A stretch of 64,000 nucleotides of DNA from contig JBFMHQ010000002.1 of NCBI GenBank assembly GCA_040751815.1, forward strand, positions 5,577 through 69,576. The letters run 5' to 3'. This DNA is from Bacillota bacterium. GTDB lineage: Bacteria > Bacillota > Desulfotomaculia > Desulfotomaculales > UBA12532. Under the pieces are notes generated by a model. The model was not told the DNA's origin. It saw only the letters and a program-made list of their open reading frames with translations, and searched no databases. Shown one piece after another: positions 46,759 through 56,665 of this stretch (position 1 is its first letter; each line of letters opens with the position of its first letter). Made by a program: the position numbers and the translations under genes.

Positions 46759-48278
46759 TACTTCTGGTCTAGTGTGCGGTACTGAAGCGCTTCACCAACG
46801 TGCTCTCCTGTAATACGGTCGCTCCCGGCCAGATCCGCGATGGTACGGGCCACCTTGAGGACGCGGTCGTAGGCCCGTACGCTGAGGTTCCAGCGTCGGA
46901 AGGAGGCCTCCAGAAACTGTCTTGCCTCACGGGTAAGGAGGCAGAATCGCTTAACGGCCCGCGCATCCATAGCCGCGTTACAAGGTATGCCCTCGGCCTG
47001 CAGGCGCTCCCGCTGCCGCCAGCGTGCCGCCTTGACCCGCTCCCTTACGACGGCCGAACTCTCTCCCTCCGCCCTGGTTTCCAGTTCCTCGTACTCCAGG
47101 CGAGGCACCTCCACCTGAAGATCGATGCGGTCCAGAAGTGGCCCCGAAAGCCGGGCCTGGTAACGTTTGATCTGCCAGGGCGAGCAGCGGCACTCCTTGA
47201 CCGGGTCGCCAAAAAAACCACAAGGACAAGGATTCCCGGCCAGAACCAGAATGAAACGCGCCGGGAACGTGGTTGCGGCGTTGGCCCGGGAAACTGTTAT
47301 AGCCCCGTCTTCGAGGGGCTGCCGCAGAGCTTCCAGCGCGTCACGGTTAAACTCGGCAACCTCGTCGAGGAAGAGAACGCCATGATGTGCCAGGCTTACC
47401 TCGCCGGGTCGCGGAATACGTCCGCCGCCCGTAAGGGAGATTGTAGACGCCGTATGGTGGGGCGCCCGGAAAGGTCGCCGTGTAACCAGGTGCTGGCCCG
47501 GCTGGAGCAGGCCGGCAATGCTGTGAAGCATGGTGATCTCGAGGGCCTCCTCGAGGGTCAGATCAGGCAGGATACCCGGCAGACGGCGGGCCAGCATGGT
47601 TTTGCCCGACCCGGGCGGACCCACCAGCAGCACGTTGTGTCCACCGGCGGCTGCTACCTCGAGGGCGCGTTTTGCCGCCGCCTGTCCCCTGACGTCCAGG
47701 AGGTCGGGCACAGCTCCGTCGCTTCGCGCCAGTAAGGCCTGCGGGTCCGCTGCGGCGGGAGTAATGGCGACCTCCCCGCGCAGAAACCTTACGGTTTCTT
47801 CGAGGTTCGTGACCGGGTAGGCCGCGATGCTCCCGGCCAGAGCCGCCTCCGCAGCGTTGGCCGACGGAACGATAACCGCCCGCATCCCGGCCCTGGCCGC
47901 CGCGATGGCTGCCGCCAGCACCCCGTTAACCGGCCGTACCGAGCCGTCCAGGGAAAGCTCGCCGAAAAAGGCGTAATCTCCCCCCGGCAGGGGTACCTGC
48001 TCCGTGGCCGCTAGAATGCCCACCGCAAGCGGCAGGTCAAACCATGTGCCTTCCTTGCGGACGTCGGCAGGGGCAAGGTTAACCGTGATACGCCTGGCCG
48101 GAAACTCAAAACCGGCGTTTCTGATCGCCGTGCGTACCCGGTCTTTTGCCTCCCTCACCGCGGTGTCCGGAAGGCCGACAATCTCCCAACCGGGAAGCCC
48201 GTTGGCGACATCCACCTCCACGTGCACGATTGCCCCGTCCAGGCCGCTCAAAGCCACGCTATGTGTTACGGCTAGCAT
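46749..48278 (-). CDS. comM: YifB/ComM-family Mg-chelatase-like AAA+ ATPase
   Basis: Lon-like N-domain (VEVDVANGLP...VGLPD.AV.E.K.RV), LLVGPPGSGKTM, GVLFLDE, NPCPCG..G.....C.C. Confidence 0.9.
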   Translation of the reverse strand: MLAVTHSVALSGLDGAIVHVEVDVANGLPGWEIVGLPDTAVREAKDRVRTAIRNAGFEFPARRITVNLAPADVRKEGTWFDLPLAVGILAATEQVPLPGGDYAFFGELSLDGSVRPVNGVLAAAIAAARAGMRAVIVPSANAAEAALAGSIAAYPVTNLEETVRFLRGEVAITPAAADPQALLARSDGAVPDLLDVRGQAAAKRALEVAAAGGHNVLLVGPPGSGKTMLARRLPGILPDLTLEEALEITMLHSIAGLLQPGQHLVTRRPFRAPHHTASTISLTGGGRIPRPGEVSLAHHGVLFLDEVAEFNRDALEALRQPLEDGAITVSRANAATTFPARFILVLAGNPCPCGFFGDPVKECRCSPWQIKRYQARLSGPLLDRIDLQVEVPRLEYEELETRAEGESSAVVRERVKAARWRQRERLQAEGIPCNAAMDARAVKRFCLLTREARQFLEASFRRWNLSVRAYDRVLKVARTIADLAGSDRITGEHVGEALQYRTLDQKYWG

Positions 48279-48361
48279 TAACCTAATCCCGCCCCCAAAT
48301 ACCCCGGATATATTCGCCCGTTAAGGTCGTTTTCCTTCTTGACCATACTAAAAACGCCAAG

Positions 48362-48391
48362 TTGACAAGCTAGCATTTTCACGATTAGAAT
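48362..48391 (+). promoter_or_regulatory. Sigma-A-type promoter of the ABC transporter operon
   Basis: TTGACA (48362-48367), 18 nt spacer, TAGAAT (48386-48391). Confidence 0.55.
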
Positions 48392-48429
48392 TTTTCCATC
48401 TAAGAAGCAACAGAGGTGGGACTTAGAGG

Positions 48430-49437
48430 ATGCCTCCGAGCATCGAGGCTGAAGGCCTCACCAGGATCTTCCCTGGTAATGTTGTCGCCGTAGACGGCAT
48501 TTCCTTTACTGTCGGCGAGGGTGAGATCTTCGGTTTCCTAGGTCCGAACGGAGCAGGGAAATCCACAACCATCATGATGTTAACCACTCTGTTACGGCCA
48601 ACCGCCGGCAGCGCAAGGGTTGCAGGTTTCGACGTGGTCCGCCAGCCGGAGCGCGTACGTGCCGCCCTCGGGTATGTTTCCCAGGACCTGGCGGTTGACG
48701 ACAACCTTACCGGGATGGAAAACCTCGTGCTGCAGGCGGCCTTTTACCACCTTCCCCCGCGGGAGGCGCGCTGCCGGATCGCCGAAGTACTCGAATTGGT
48801 GGGATTGCAGCACCGCGCCGGCGACCGGGTGGAAACCTATTCCGGAGGCATGCGGAAGCGCCTGGATCTCGCCGCAGGCCTCCTGCACCGGCCGGCGGTT
48901 CTGTTTCTCGACGAACCCACCCTTGGCCTGGATATCCAGACGCGACGTGAGATCTGGCGCTACATTACCACCTTGAGGCGAGATGCGGGAATGACCGTAT
49001 TCCTTACCACCCACTACATGGAAGAAGCGGATGCCCTGTGCGATCGCGTCGCCATCATCGACCGGGGACGGATCAAAGCCGTGGGTAGCCCGGCCGAGCT
49101 TAAGGGAAGACTTAAGGGAGACGTGATCACGTTCTCCCTGGACGGCCACACCCCCCTGGCAAAGGTGGAGGCGGCCGTGCGCACCATACCCGGGGTACGC
49201 GAGGTACGGTTTTCCGGTGGAGAGTACCTGGTGGCCACGGCGGATGGGGAAAAAACACTGCCCCTTCTCTTCGCCGCGCTGCAACTAACCGGGGCGCGGA
49301 TTACCGCCGTAACCCTGAAGAAGCCTTCCCTGGACGACGTCTACCTGGCCATCACCGGGAAAGGATTACGGGACGAACCGGAAAGCCGTGAGGAAGCCGT
49401 ACGGCGTCGCATCCGCCTGCGGAGGGCCAGGGCGTGA
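48430..49437 (+). CDS. ABC transporter ATP-binding protein (DrrA/ABC-2 exporter type)
   Basis: GFLGPNGAGKSTT, YSGGMRKRLDLA, LFLDEPTLGLD; C-terminal accessory domain. Confidence 0.9.
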   Translation: MPPSIEAEGLTRIFPGNVVAVDGISFTVGEGEIFGFLGPNGAGKSTTIMMLTTLLRPTAGSARVAGFDVVRQPERVRAALGYVSQDLAVDDNLTGMENLVLQAAFYHLPPREARCRIAEVLELVGLQHRAGDRVETYSGGMRKRLDLAAGLLHRPAVLFLDEPTLGLDIQTRREIWRYITTLRRDAGMTVFLTTHYMEEADALCDRVAIIDRGRIKAVGSPAELKGRLKGDVITFSLDGHTPLAKVEAAVRTIPGVREVRFSGGEYLVATADGEKTLPLLFAALQLTGARITAVTLKKPSLDDVYLAITGKGLRDEPESREEAVRRRIRLRRARA

Positions 49438-50222
49438 GGTTTCCCGTCCTCCTGGTCGATACCTACTGGGTCCTCTGGCGCGAGATAAAGCGTCTCCTTG
49501 TGCAGCGGACCAGGATTGCCCTGGCAGCCGTGCAACCGTTGATCTGGCTTATCCTTATGGGAAACTCTATGGGCGGCCTCACCGCAAATCCCGCCGCCGC
49601 ACGCCTTCTCGGTACGCAAAACTACCTGGAATTCATGACCCCGGGGATTATGGTCATGTCAACTCTTTTTGGGAGCGTTTTCGGTGGGGTTTCTATTATC
49701 TGGGATCGCCGTACCGGCTTTCTCAACAAGATGCTCGCCGCACCCATTAAGCGCGTTGCCATACCCCTGGGCAAAATATCCGCCATCGCGCTACAAGGTG
49801 CCGTACAGGTTACCTTCATCGCCGTCATTGCCGCAGCCCTGGGCATAAGGCCGGCTACCGGATTACCCGGTTTTCTCTTGATCCTTGTTATCCTTGGGCT
49901 CTTCTCCTACGGTGTTGCAGGCATCTCATTCGCCCTCGCCGCGGTAATTAAATCCCACGAAGCCCTTATGGCCGTAACCAACCTCCTGACCCTGCCTATG
50001 ACCTTTGCTTCCAACGCCATTTTTCCCCGCGCGGCCATGCCGACCTGGCTTAAAGCCGTCGCCGCGTACAACCCCCTGACCCACGCGGTGACGCCGGTAC
50101 GTGTCCTGGTTATGGAGGGCTGGGTCTGGGAGAAAATCTGGCCGGGCTTTTTGGCCGTAACGCTCTTTGCCATAGCGGCCGTTGCCCTTTGCGCCAGGCA
50201 TTTCGCCCGCGCGGAGAGCTAA
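49434..50222 (+). CDS. ABC-2 type transporter permease
   Basis: 262 aa, 6 TM helices. 4-nt overlap with the ATPase gene. Confidence 0.85.
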   Translation: MRFPVLLVDTYWVLWREIKRLLVQRTRIALAAVQPLIWLILMGNSMGGLTANPAAARLLGTQNYLEFMTPGIMVMSTLFGSVFGGVSIIWDRRTGFLNKMLAAPIKRVAIPLGKISAIALQGAVQVTFIAVIAAALGIRPATGLPGFLLILVILGLFSYGVAGISFALAAVIKSHEALMAVTNLLTLPMTFASNAIFPRAAMPTWLKAVAAYNPLTHAVTPVRVLVMEGWVWEKIWPGFLAVTLFAIAAVALCARHFARAES

Positions 50223-50223
50223 A

Positions 50224-51219
50224 TCAAAAGGCGTTCTTAAAGTGCTCGATGTGGGGAATGCCGTCGGGATTCCAGGTAACGGCGAGAACATCGAATCGGA
50301 AGCCGGCTGCCGGCACCCGATTTTCGGCCAGGAAAAGCTTCGCCAGCCGCCGGAGCCTGGCCTGTTTCCGGGGCCCGACACTCTCCTCTGGCAGGCCAAA
50401 GGCCAGACTCCGCCGCGCCTTAACCTCGGCAAAAACCAGGATGTCCCCGTCAAGGGCCACCAGATCAAGCTCCCCCTCCCGACACCGGAAGTTGCGGCAG
50501 AGAATGGTGTACCCGCGCGCCTCGAGGTAGGCGGCCGCCGCTTCTTCTCCAACCTGTCCGGTACACCGCCGGGGTACGTACGACCCCTGACGGGTCAAGA
50601 GTTCCCCGACCGGTCTGAAGCCCGTCCGGTGAACAGGCGACGGACCGTACCTGTTTAGGGCCTCCAGGTGCTCCGGGGTCGGATACCCGCGGTGACGTTT
50701 AAAACCGTAAACCGGGTAACGGCGATCTAGTTCGTCCATAAGGCGATCCCTGGTTACCTTCGCCAGGACGGAGGCCGCCGCAATGCACGCGCTGATTGCG
50801 TCACCCCCGGTTACGGGGGTCTGCGGTATGGCCAGGTCCCGCAGCGGGTGCGGGCCGTCGATAAGCACCCAGTCGGGAGGTACGGTGAGGGCGGCCAGCG
50901 CGCGCAGCATCGCGAGGCGCGTGGCCTGAAAAATGTTCAGGGCGTTAATCTCTGTGACGGTTGCCCCTCTGACCGACCAGGCCACCGCCACCCGTCTTAT
51001 ACAGCATGCCAGCCTCTCACGCTGTGACGGTGTCAGGCGCTTGGAATCGTCAAGGCCTTCCAGTCCCTGTACGTCGCGCAGGATGACCGCAGCCGCGACC
51101 ACCGGGCCGGCCAGCGGGCCGCGCCCTGCTTCGTCTATCCCGCATATCAGCCGGTATCCCCTGGCGATCAAATTTCCTTCGTAGCCCCATAGCCGCGCCG
51201 GGTTTGTCGGTTTGGGCAT
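50224..51219 (-). CDS. rnhB: Fusion protein: RNase HII (N-terminal, about 210 aa) plus YraN/UPF0102 endonuclease-like domain (C-terminal, about 115 aa)
   Basis: ICGIDEAGRGPLAGPVV, DDSKRL, HRGYPT..H...L..YGPSPVHRTGFRPV, then in the same frame GEEAAAAYLEARGYTILCRNFRCREGELDLVALDGDILVFAEVKAR...(YraN motif)...FDVLAV. Confidence 0.85.
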   Translation of the reverse strand: MPKPTNPARLWGYEGNLIARGYRLICGIDEAGRGPLAGPVVAAAVILRDVQGLEGLDDSKRLTPSQRERLACCIRRVAVAWSVRGATVTEINALNIFQATRLAMLRALAALTVPPDWVLIDGPHPLRDLAIPQTPVTGGDAISACIAAASVLAKVTRDRLMDELDRRYPVYGFKRHRGYPTPEHLEALNRYGPSPVHRTGFRPVGELLTRQGSYVPRRCTGQVGEEAAAAYLEARGYTILCRNFRCREGELDLVALDGDILVFAEVKARRSLAFGLPEESVGPRKQARLRRLAKLFLAENRVPAAGFRFDVLAVTWNPDGIPHIEHFKNAF

Positions 51220-51230
51220 TTCCCCTACCC

Positions 51231-52067
51231 TTACCCCCCGAATTCACCCGGGAGGTCCAGGGTTATCCGCCCCAAACGCCCCTCCCGGAGGTCTTTAAGA
51301 ACGGCCAGGGCAGCCCTCTCCTCGTCCGGCTCTCCGCCCGCCAGCAACAACCCACGCCGGTGGGCAATGCGGCGCAACATGTCATCGCCAGGAACGCCGG
51401 AGATTCCGTAGCGCTCCTGAAGGCACCGGGGATAATGCACCGCAAGCCAACTTATCAGCCAGAGGACCACCTTCTCGGCAGGCAATACTTCGTCCTTAAT
51501 GGCACCCACCGCGGCCAGCTTGTACCCCACTTCGACGTCACCCAGGCGCGGCCAGAGGATACCGGGGGTATCCAGTAGTTCGAAGTGGGGGCCGACCCTG
51601 ATCCACATTTTCCCCCGTGTAATACCGGGGCGCCGTCCCGTCGGCGCGACGTGCCGCGCCGCGAGGGCGTTGATAAGGGCCGACTTGCCAACATTAGGAA
51701 TACCCACGACCATCACCCGCGGGAGGCGCCCCTGCGGAACGCGGTCGGCTTCCTGCAGCACCTGCCGCATATGCCGTACAAGCTCCTGTATGCCCCTCCC
51801 GTCGCGGGCCTGCACCGGAACCGCTGGGTAACCCTGCCGGGAGAAAAGCTCCACCCAGCGGCGGGTGGCAACCGGGTCGGCGAGGTCGGCCTTGTTCAGG
51901 ACCACCACCCGCGGCAGGCATCCCAAAAGCTCCGCGAGGTCGGGATTCCGGCTCGCCTCCGGCACCCGCGCGTCCAGCACCTCGAACGCCCCGTCACACA
52001 GCCGCAGGTGCTCGCGGATGGTGCGCCGTGTTCTGCGCATGTGCCCGGGGTACCAGTTAACGGACAA
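51231..52067 (-). CDS. rbgA: Ribosome biogenesis GTPase A (YlqF/RbgA)
   Basis: WYPGHM, circularly permuted GTPase motifs VLNKADL ... GIPNVGKS ... LLDTPG. Confidence 0.9.
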   Translation of the reverse strand: MSVNWYPGHMRRTRRTIREHLRLCDGAFEVLDARVPEASRNPDLAELLGCLPRVVVLNKADLADPVATRRWVELFSRQGYPAVPVQARDGRGIQELVRHMRQVLQEADRVPQGRLPRVMVVGIPNVGKSALINALAARHVAPTGRRPGITRGKMWIRVGPHFELLDTPGILWPRLGDVEVGYKLAAVGAIKDEVLPAEKVVLWLISWLAVHYPRCLQERYGISGVPGDDMLRRIAHRRGLLLAGGEPDEERAALAVLKDLREGRLGRITLDLPGEFGG

Positions 52068-52101
52068 ATTCCCACCGGCCGCTTCACCAATAAGGGTGTT
52101 T

Positions 52102-52641
52102 TTACCCGTGGCCTATGATCCGCAGGCGGTCCAAAGGCCAGTAAATGGCCACTGCCTTGCCGATAACAAGATCGCGATCGAGAAAGCCCCAGACCCGGCT
52201 GTCGTCGGAGCTATTGCGGTTGTCGCCCAACATGAAGAGACACCCGGTGGGTACACGTACCGGCCCGAAATCGGGAAAGCGAAGGCCGGGTGGCAGGTAT
52301 GGTTCGGAAACCTCCCGGCCGTCCACGTACAGGTGGCTGTTCCGCAAGGCCACGGTCTCCCCCGGGAGACCGATAACTCGCTTGACGAAGACGCGACTCG
52401 GGTCCCTCGGGTACTTAAAAACGATCACGTCACCGCGTTGCGGCGTGCCGAAACGATACGCGAGCTTGGAAACAATAATCCGGTCTCCTTCGAATAGGGT
52501 CGGCTCCATAGACCCGGACGGTATAAAGAAGGGTTCGATAACGAAAATCCTGATGATAACAGCCAGGACCAGCGCAATGAGCAGCGACTCGAGAATTTCG
52601 CCAAGGATCGCGCCTCGTTCCTGGCTCATAGGCACCCCCAT
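52102..52641 (-). CDS. lepB: Signal peptidase I
   Basis: IPSGSMEPTL, GD.I.V.K, VKRVIGLPGE, GDNRNSSDDSR. Confidence 0.9.
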   Translation of the reverse strand: MGVPMSQERGAILGEILESLLIALVLAVIIRIFVIEPFFIPSGSMEPTLFEGDRIIVSKLAYRFGTPQRGDVIVFKYPRDPSRVFVKRVIGLPGETVALRNSHLYVDGREVSEPYLPPGLRFPDFGPVRVPTGCLFMLGDNRNSSDDSRVWGFLDRDLVIGKAVAIYWPLDRLRIIGHG

Positions 52642-52656
52642 TTCCGGTCCTCCGGT

Positions 52657-52998
52657 TTAGCGTCTTTCCTGGATACGCGCTGCCTTTCCCCGCAGTCCCC
52701 TGAGGTAGTAAAGGCGCCCCCTGCGAACCCGCCCGTGCCGCAGCACCTCGATACGCGCGATGCGCGGCGAGTGTAAGGGAAAAGTGCGCTCCACGCCCAC
52801 ACCGTACGATACACGCCTTACGGTAAAGGTCTCGCCGAGGCCGCCGCCTCGCCGCCGGATGACCACGCCTTCGAAGGGCTGAATCCGCTCGCGGCCGCCT
52901 TCGACCACCTTCACGTGTACCCGCACCGTATCTCCCGGCCTGAACTCCGGAAGGTCCTTTTTCTTCTGCTCTTCCTCCAGAGCTTTAATAAGGTTCAT
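52657..52998 (-). CDS. rplS: 50S ribosomal protein L19
   Basis: [57 protein letters not shown]. Confidence 0.95.
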   Translation of the reverse strand: MNLIKALEEEQKKKDLPEFRPGDTVRVHVKVVEGGRERIQPFEGVVIRRRGGGLGETFTVRRVSYGVGVERTFPLHSPRIARIEVLRHGRVRRGRLYYLRGLRGKAARIQERR

Positions 52999-53039
52999 TA
53001 TTCCGGCTCCTCCTTACAGCACAACCTTAACACCAGGCG

Positions 53040-53819
53040 TTATTGTACCATGTCCTTCCGCCGGCCAGCAAGCAACTCCTCGATCCGCCCGGCAACCTCC
53101 CTCAGCACCTCACGCTCCCAGACGGCAAGCTCCCGGGTCGTTAACAAATCCGGACGACGCACGAGGGTGCGCAACAAGGCCTCCTCGCGGCGCCAGCGCT
53201 CGATAACACCGTGATGCCCGCTGAGAAGTATCTCGGGGACCTCAAGGCCGCGGTAGGCGCGCGGTCGGGTGTACTGGGGGTACTCGAGCAGGCCGGAGGC
53301 GAACGAGTCGTCCCGGGCGGCTCCCGCCTCGCCCAGCACACCCGGCACCAGGCGGGCCACTGCGTCAACCACCACCATCGCCGGTAGTTCGCCGCCCGTA
53401 AGGACGTAATCCCCTATGGAAATCTCCCGCGTGACCAGGTGCTCCCGCACGCGTTCATCCACGCCTTCATAGTGCCCGCAGATCAGTACCAGGTGGCTCT
53501 CCCGGGCCAACTCCTGCGCCAGTCGCTGGTCGAAACGCTCACCCTGGGGATCCAGGAGAATGACCGGGCCGCCCGGGGCCCGTTGCCGGCATACGAATTC
53601 CACCGCCTCAAAGATCGGCCCCGGCTCGAGCACCATCCCACCTCCACCGCCGAAGGGCGCGTCATCCACGGTCCGGTGCTTGTTCCGGGCAAAATCGCGA
53701 ATGTCAATAAGGTTAATCTCGATCAGGCCGCGCGCCTGGGCCCTCTTCAGGATACTCGACGAAAAGGGACCTGAAAACATCTCCGGGAACAGGGTAAGGA
53801 TGTCAAACACCAGGCTCAC
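53040..53819 (-). CDS. trmD: tRNA (guanine37-N1)-methyltransferase
   Basis: [52 protein letters not shown]. Confidence 0.95.
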   Translation of the reverse strand: MSLVFDILTLFPEMFSGPFSSSILKRAQARGLIEINLIDIRDFARNKHRTVDDAPFGGGGGMVLEPGPIFEAVEFVCRQRAPGGPVILLDPQGERFDQRLAQELARESHLVLICGHYEGVDERVREHLVTREISIGDYVLTGGELPAMVVVDAVARLVPGVLGEAGAARDDSFASGLLEYPQYTRPRAYRGLEVPEILLSGHHGVIERWRREEALLRTLVRRPDLLTTRELAVWEREVLREVAGRIEELLAGRRKDMVQ

Positions 53820-54322
53820 CGCAACCCCTCCGGCAAAGCCACCACCATCCGGTGCGCGTCAAGATCGATCTCTCGCACAACCGCCTTAAGGGCGGGTAGG
53901 TAGATCTTCTTTCCCGCCCCCTCTACCACATACACGTCGTTGGCGCCGGTTCGCAAAACCTCACGTACCACGCCCAGCGGCTCACCTTCCACGGTGAAGA
54001 CCTCCAGGCCGGTAATGTCAAAAATATAGTAATGCCCCGGAGGAAGCGCCACGGTCTCTGCGCGGGTAACCTGAATGAGACCTCCCTTAAGGGCCAGGGC
54101 CGCGGCCATATTGTTTATTTCGCGAAATTTCATTATCACGAACCGCTTATGCGGAAAGGCTTTTTCAACGGTAAAGGTGTGGTACGCCCCTGCCAGGTAC
54201 ACCCTTGCCTTAGACATGGAGGCAAAGCGCTCGGGAAAATCGGTAGCAGGCAAGACACGTACCGCTCCGTCTACGCCGTGCGCGCCGACGATCTCTCCCA
54301 CGGTGATCAGCGTGTCTCCCAC
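53816..54322 (-). CDS. rimM: 16S rRNA processing protein RimM
   Basis: [21 protein letters not shown]-barrel C-terminus. 4-nt overlap with trmD. Confidence 0.9.
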   Translation of the reverse strand: MGDTLITVGEIVGAHGVDGAVRVLPATDFPERFASMSKARVYLAGAYHTFTVEKAFPHKRFVIMKFREINNMAAALALKGGLIQVTRAETVALPPGHYYIFDITGLEVFTVEGEPLGVVREVLRTGANDVYVVEGAGKKIYLPALKAVVREIDLDAHRMVVALPEGLR

Positions 54323-54729
54323 AGGTTCTCTTCCTCCGCCTCGCGGATGGCCACAATACGGCCCTCCTCAACAACCACTTCCACAGGTAAGAGACGTCGC
54401 CAATCGTCGCCTATGCGCACCTCAACGAGGCTCTCCGCCCTGCCCCGGATAACCTCCTGACCCACCTTTAGTTCACCTGCCGCCCGCAACTGTTCGAGGA
54501 GGTTATGGCGGAAATCAACCCGCCGTGCCCGTTCCTCCTGCAAGTGCCGCTCTACCTGGGCCAGCCGCTCCCCTGCAGCGCGCGCCCGCCTGATCTCGAA
54601 GTCGAGTCGCTCAATGTCCCTTTCCACATTCTTGAGGCGGGCTTCGATCTCCCCGATGAGGGCACGCTTGAATCCATCGGTTGCCCTCACCTTAACGATC
54701 ACGGGGCGTGTAATCGTCACACCTTCCAC
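54307..54729 (-). CDS. YlqD-family protein
   Basis: 140 aa in the conserved position between the KH gene and rimM. VKV.AT..FK......IE..L......I..LDFE. Confidence 0.65.
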   Translation of the reverse strand: MEGVTITRPVIVKVRATDGFKRALIGEIEARLKNVERDIERLDFEIRRARAAGERLAQVERHLQEERARRVDFRHNLLEQLRAAGELKVGQEVIRGRAESLVEVRIGDDWRRLLPVEVVVEEGRIVAIREAEEENLWETR

Positions 54730-54752
54730 CGTGTAACCTGCCCTCGGCTTCC

Positions 54753-54980
54753 TTACATAATTTCCAATGTTACCTTCTTGCGCCGCCTGGCGGCCGCCGC
54801 CCTTACCACGGCACGGATAGCCTTGGCAACGCGCCCCTGCTTGCCGATGACTTTGCCCATGTCTTCGGAAGCGACCTTGAGCTCAATAACCAGGCGCCGG
54901 TCACGCTCAAACATTTCCACACTGACCTCTTCCGGCCGGTCTACCAGCGCCTTGGCCAGGATTTCCACCAGTTGCTTCAC
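54753..54980 (-). CDS. KH-domain RNA-binding protein (YlqC/UPF0109)
   Basis: MKQLVEILAKALVD.PE.V.V........V.EL.VA.EDMGKVIGKQGR.AKAIR.V. Confidence 0.8.
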   Translation of the reverse strand: MKQLVEILAKALVDRPEEVSVEMFERDRRLVIELKVASEDMGKVIGKQGRVAKAIRAVVRAAAARRRKKVTLEIM

Positions 54981-54983
54981 GGT

Positions 54984-55250
54984 TTAACCCCTTTCCTCCA
55001 ACCGGTCGGCCAGCACGCCGGTCCGTTTGAAAAGCGCGCGTACCGTTTCCGTAAGCCTGGCTCCCTTCGCGAGCCACCCGCGGGCCTTTACCTCGTCAAT
55101 CTTAATTTCGGGTGGTTCCCGCAAGGGGTCGTAGTACCCGATTTCCTCGATAAACCGCCCGTCACGAGGGGAGCGGGCGTCGGCTACCACGATACGGTAG
55201 AAAGGGTCGCCCTTGGCTCCCATACGCTTTAAACGTATCTTCACCGCCAT
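54984..55250 (-). CDS. rpsP: 30S ribosomal protein S16
   Basis: [42 protein letters not shown]. Start refined to ATG 55250. Confidence 0.95.
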   Translation of the reverse strand: MAVKIRLKRMGAKGDPFYRIVVADARSPRDGRFIEEIGYYDPLREPPEIKIDEVKARGWLAKGARLTETVRALFKRTGVLADRLEERG

Positions 55251-55289
55251 TGCACCTTCACCTCCCTTCACAATAACTGGCACCAAGCT

Positions 55290-56636
55290 TTAAAAGGGGA
55301 ACCGTGGGATACCTTTCAATTTACTCTTTCTGGCCCCCTTTTCCAGGTCGCGCAGTTGCCTGATCATTTTCCTGGTTTGTTCGAACTGCTTGAGGAGGCG
55401 GTTCACGTCCTGTACGGTAGTACCACTACCGCGGGCAATGCGCCGCCGCCGGCTGCCGTCAATTATCTCCGGGGCGCGGCGTTCCTCAGGCGTCATAGAG
55501 TTGATAATGGCCTCCACCGTGACGAGTTCCTTCTCGTCCAGCGCAAGCTCCGGCTTCAGTTTTTTCAGGTTGCCGAAACCGGGAAGCATACCGAGGATTT
55601 CGTCCAGCGGGCCCATTTTCCGAAACTGCCGAAGCTGCTCGCGGAAATCATCCAGGTCGAACTCGGCCCGCCTCAACTTCTTCTGCAGGGCGGCAGCCTT
55701 TTCGGCGTCGAAGGCAGCCTGGGCCTTCTCGATAAGGGTTAGAACGTCGCCCATACCGAGGATCCGGTCCGCCATCCGGTCCGGGTAGAAGGGCTCCAGG
55801 GCGTCAAGCTTTTCTCCGACGCCGACAAACTTGATGGGGCAACCGGTGACCGCCCGCACGGATAGGGCCGCACCGCCACGCGTGTCGCCGTCCAGCTTGG
55901 TCAGGATAACCCCATCGAGACCCAGGCGGCTATGGAAACTTTCGGCAACCCGTACCGCATCCTGGCCCGTCATAGCATCGACCACCAGCAGAATCTCGTG
56001 GGGCCGCACGGCATCTTTGATACGCTCGAGTTCCCCCATCATCTGGTCGTCGATGTGGAGGCGGCCCGCGGTATCAATTACCACCGCGTCAAGCGCTGAA
56101 CTACCGGCATGGGCCACCGCCGCCCTGGCAATGGCTACCGGATCCGCATCACCCACGTGAAAGACTTCCACGTCGATCCGCTTTCCGAGAAGCTGCAGTT
56201 GCTCCACCGCTGCCGGCCGGTAAATGTCGGCAGCCACGAGGAGAGACCGCCGACCCTGCTTCTTAAGGTAATTGGCCAGTTTGGCCGCGGTGGTCGTCTT
56301 GCCGGAGCCCTGCAAACCCACCAGCATGAGCACGGTGGGGGGTTTCGGCGCCAGATTCAGGCGCGCGTTCACCCCGCCCATGAGTTCCACGAGTTCCTCG
56401 CGTACGATCTTGACGACCTGCTGGGCCGGCGTCAGGCTGTTGAGGACCTCCTGGCCCACCGCACGCCGGTGTACACCCGCAACAAAATCCTTGACCACCT
56501 TAAAGTTAACGTCGGCCTCCAGGAGCGCCAGGCGCACCTCCCGCAGGGCCACGTTCACATCCTCTTCGGTGAGTTTTCCCTTACCGCGTAACTTCCGAAA
56601 GGTTTCCTGTAACCGTTCGGTCAGGTTGCCGAACAT
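55290..56636 (-). CDS. ffh: Signal recognition particle protein Ffh
   Basis: MFGNLTERLQ..F.KL.GKG.L, GLQGSGKTTT, DTAGRL, TKLDGD.RGGAALS, M-domain. Start refined to ATG 56636. Confidence 0.95.
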   Translation of the reverse strand: MFGNLTERLQETFRKLRGKGKLTEEDVNVALREVRLALLEADVNFKVVKDFVAGVHRRAVGQEVLNSLTPAQQVVKIVREELVELMGGVNARLNLAPKPPTVLMLVGLQGSGKTTTAAKLANYLKKQGRRSLLVAADIYRPAAVEQLQLLGKRIDVEVFHVGDADPVAIARAAVAHAGSSALDAVVIDTAGRLHIDDQMMGELERIKDAVRPHEILLVVDAMTGQDAVRVAESFHSRLGLDGVILTKLDGDTRGGAALSVRAVTGCPIKFVGVGEKLDALEPFYPDRMADRILGMGDVLTLIEKAQAAFDAEKAAALQKKLRRAEFDLDDFREQLRQFRKMGPLDEILGMLPGFGNLKKLKPELALDEKELVTVEAIINSMTPEERRAPEIIDGSRRRRIARGSGTTVQDVNRLLKQFEQTRKMIRQLRDLEKGARKSKLKGIPRFPF

Positions 56637-56665
56637 GCCTTCCACCTCCCTTTAGCGGCCGCACC

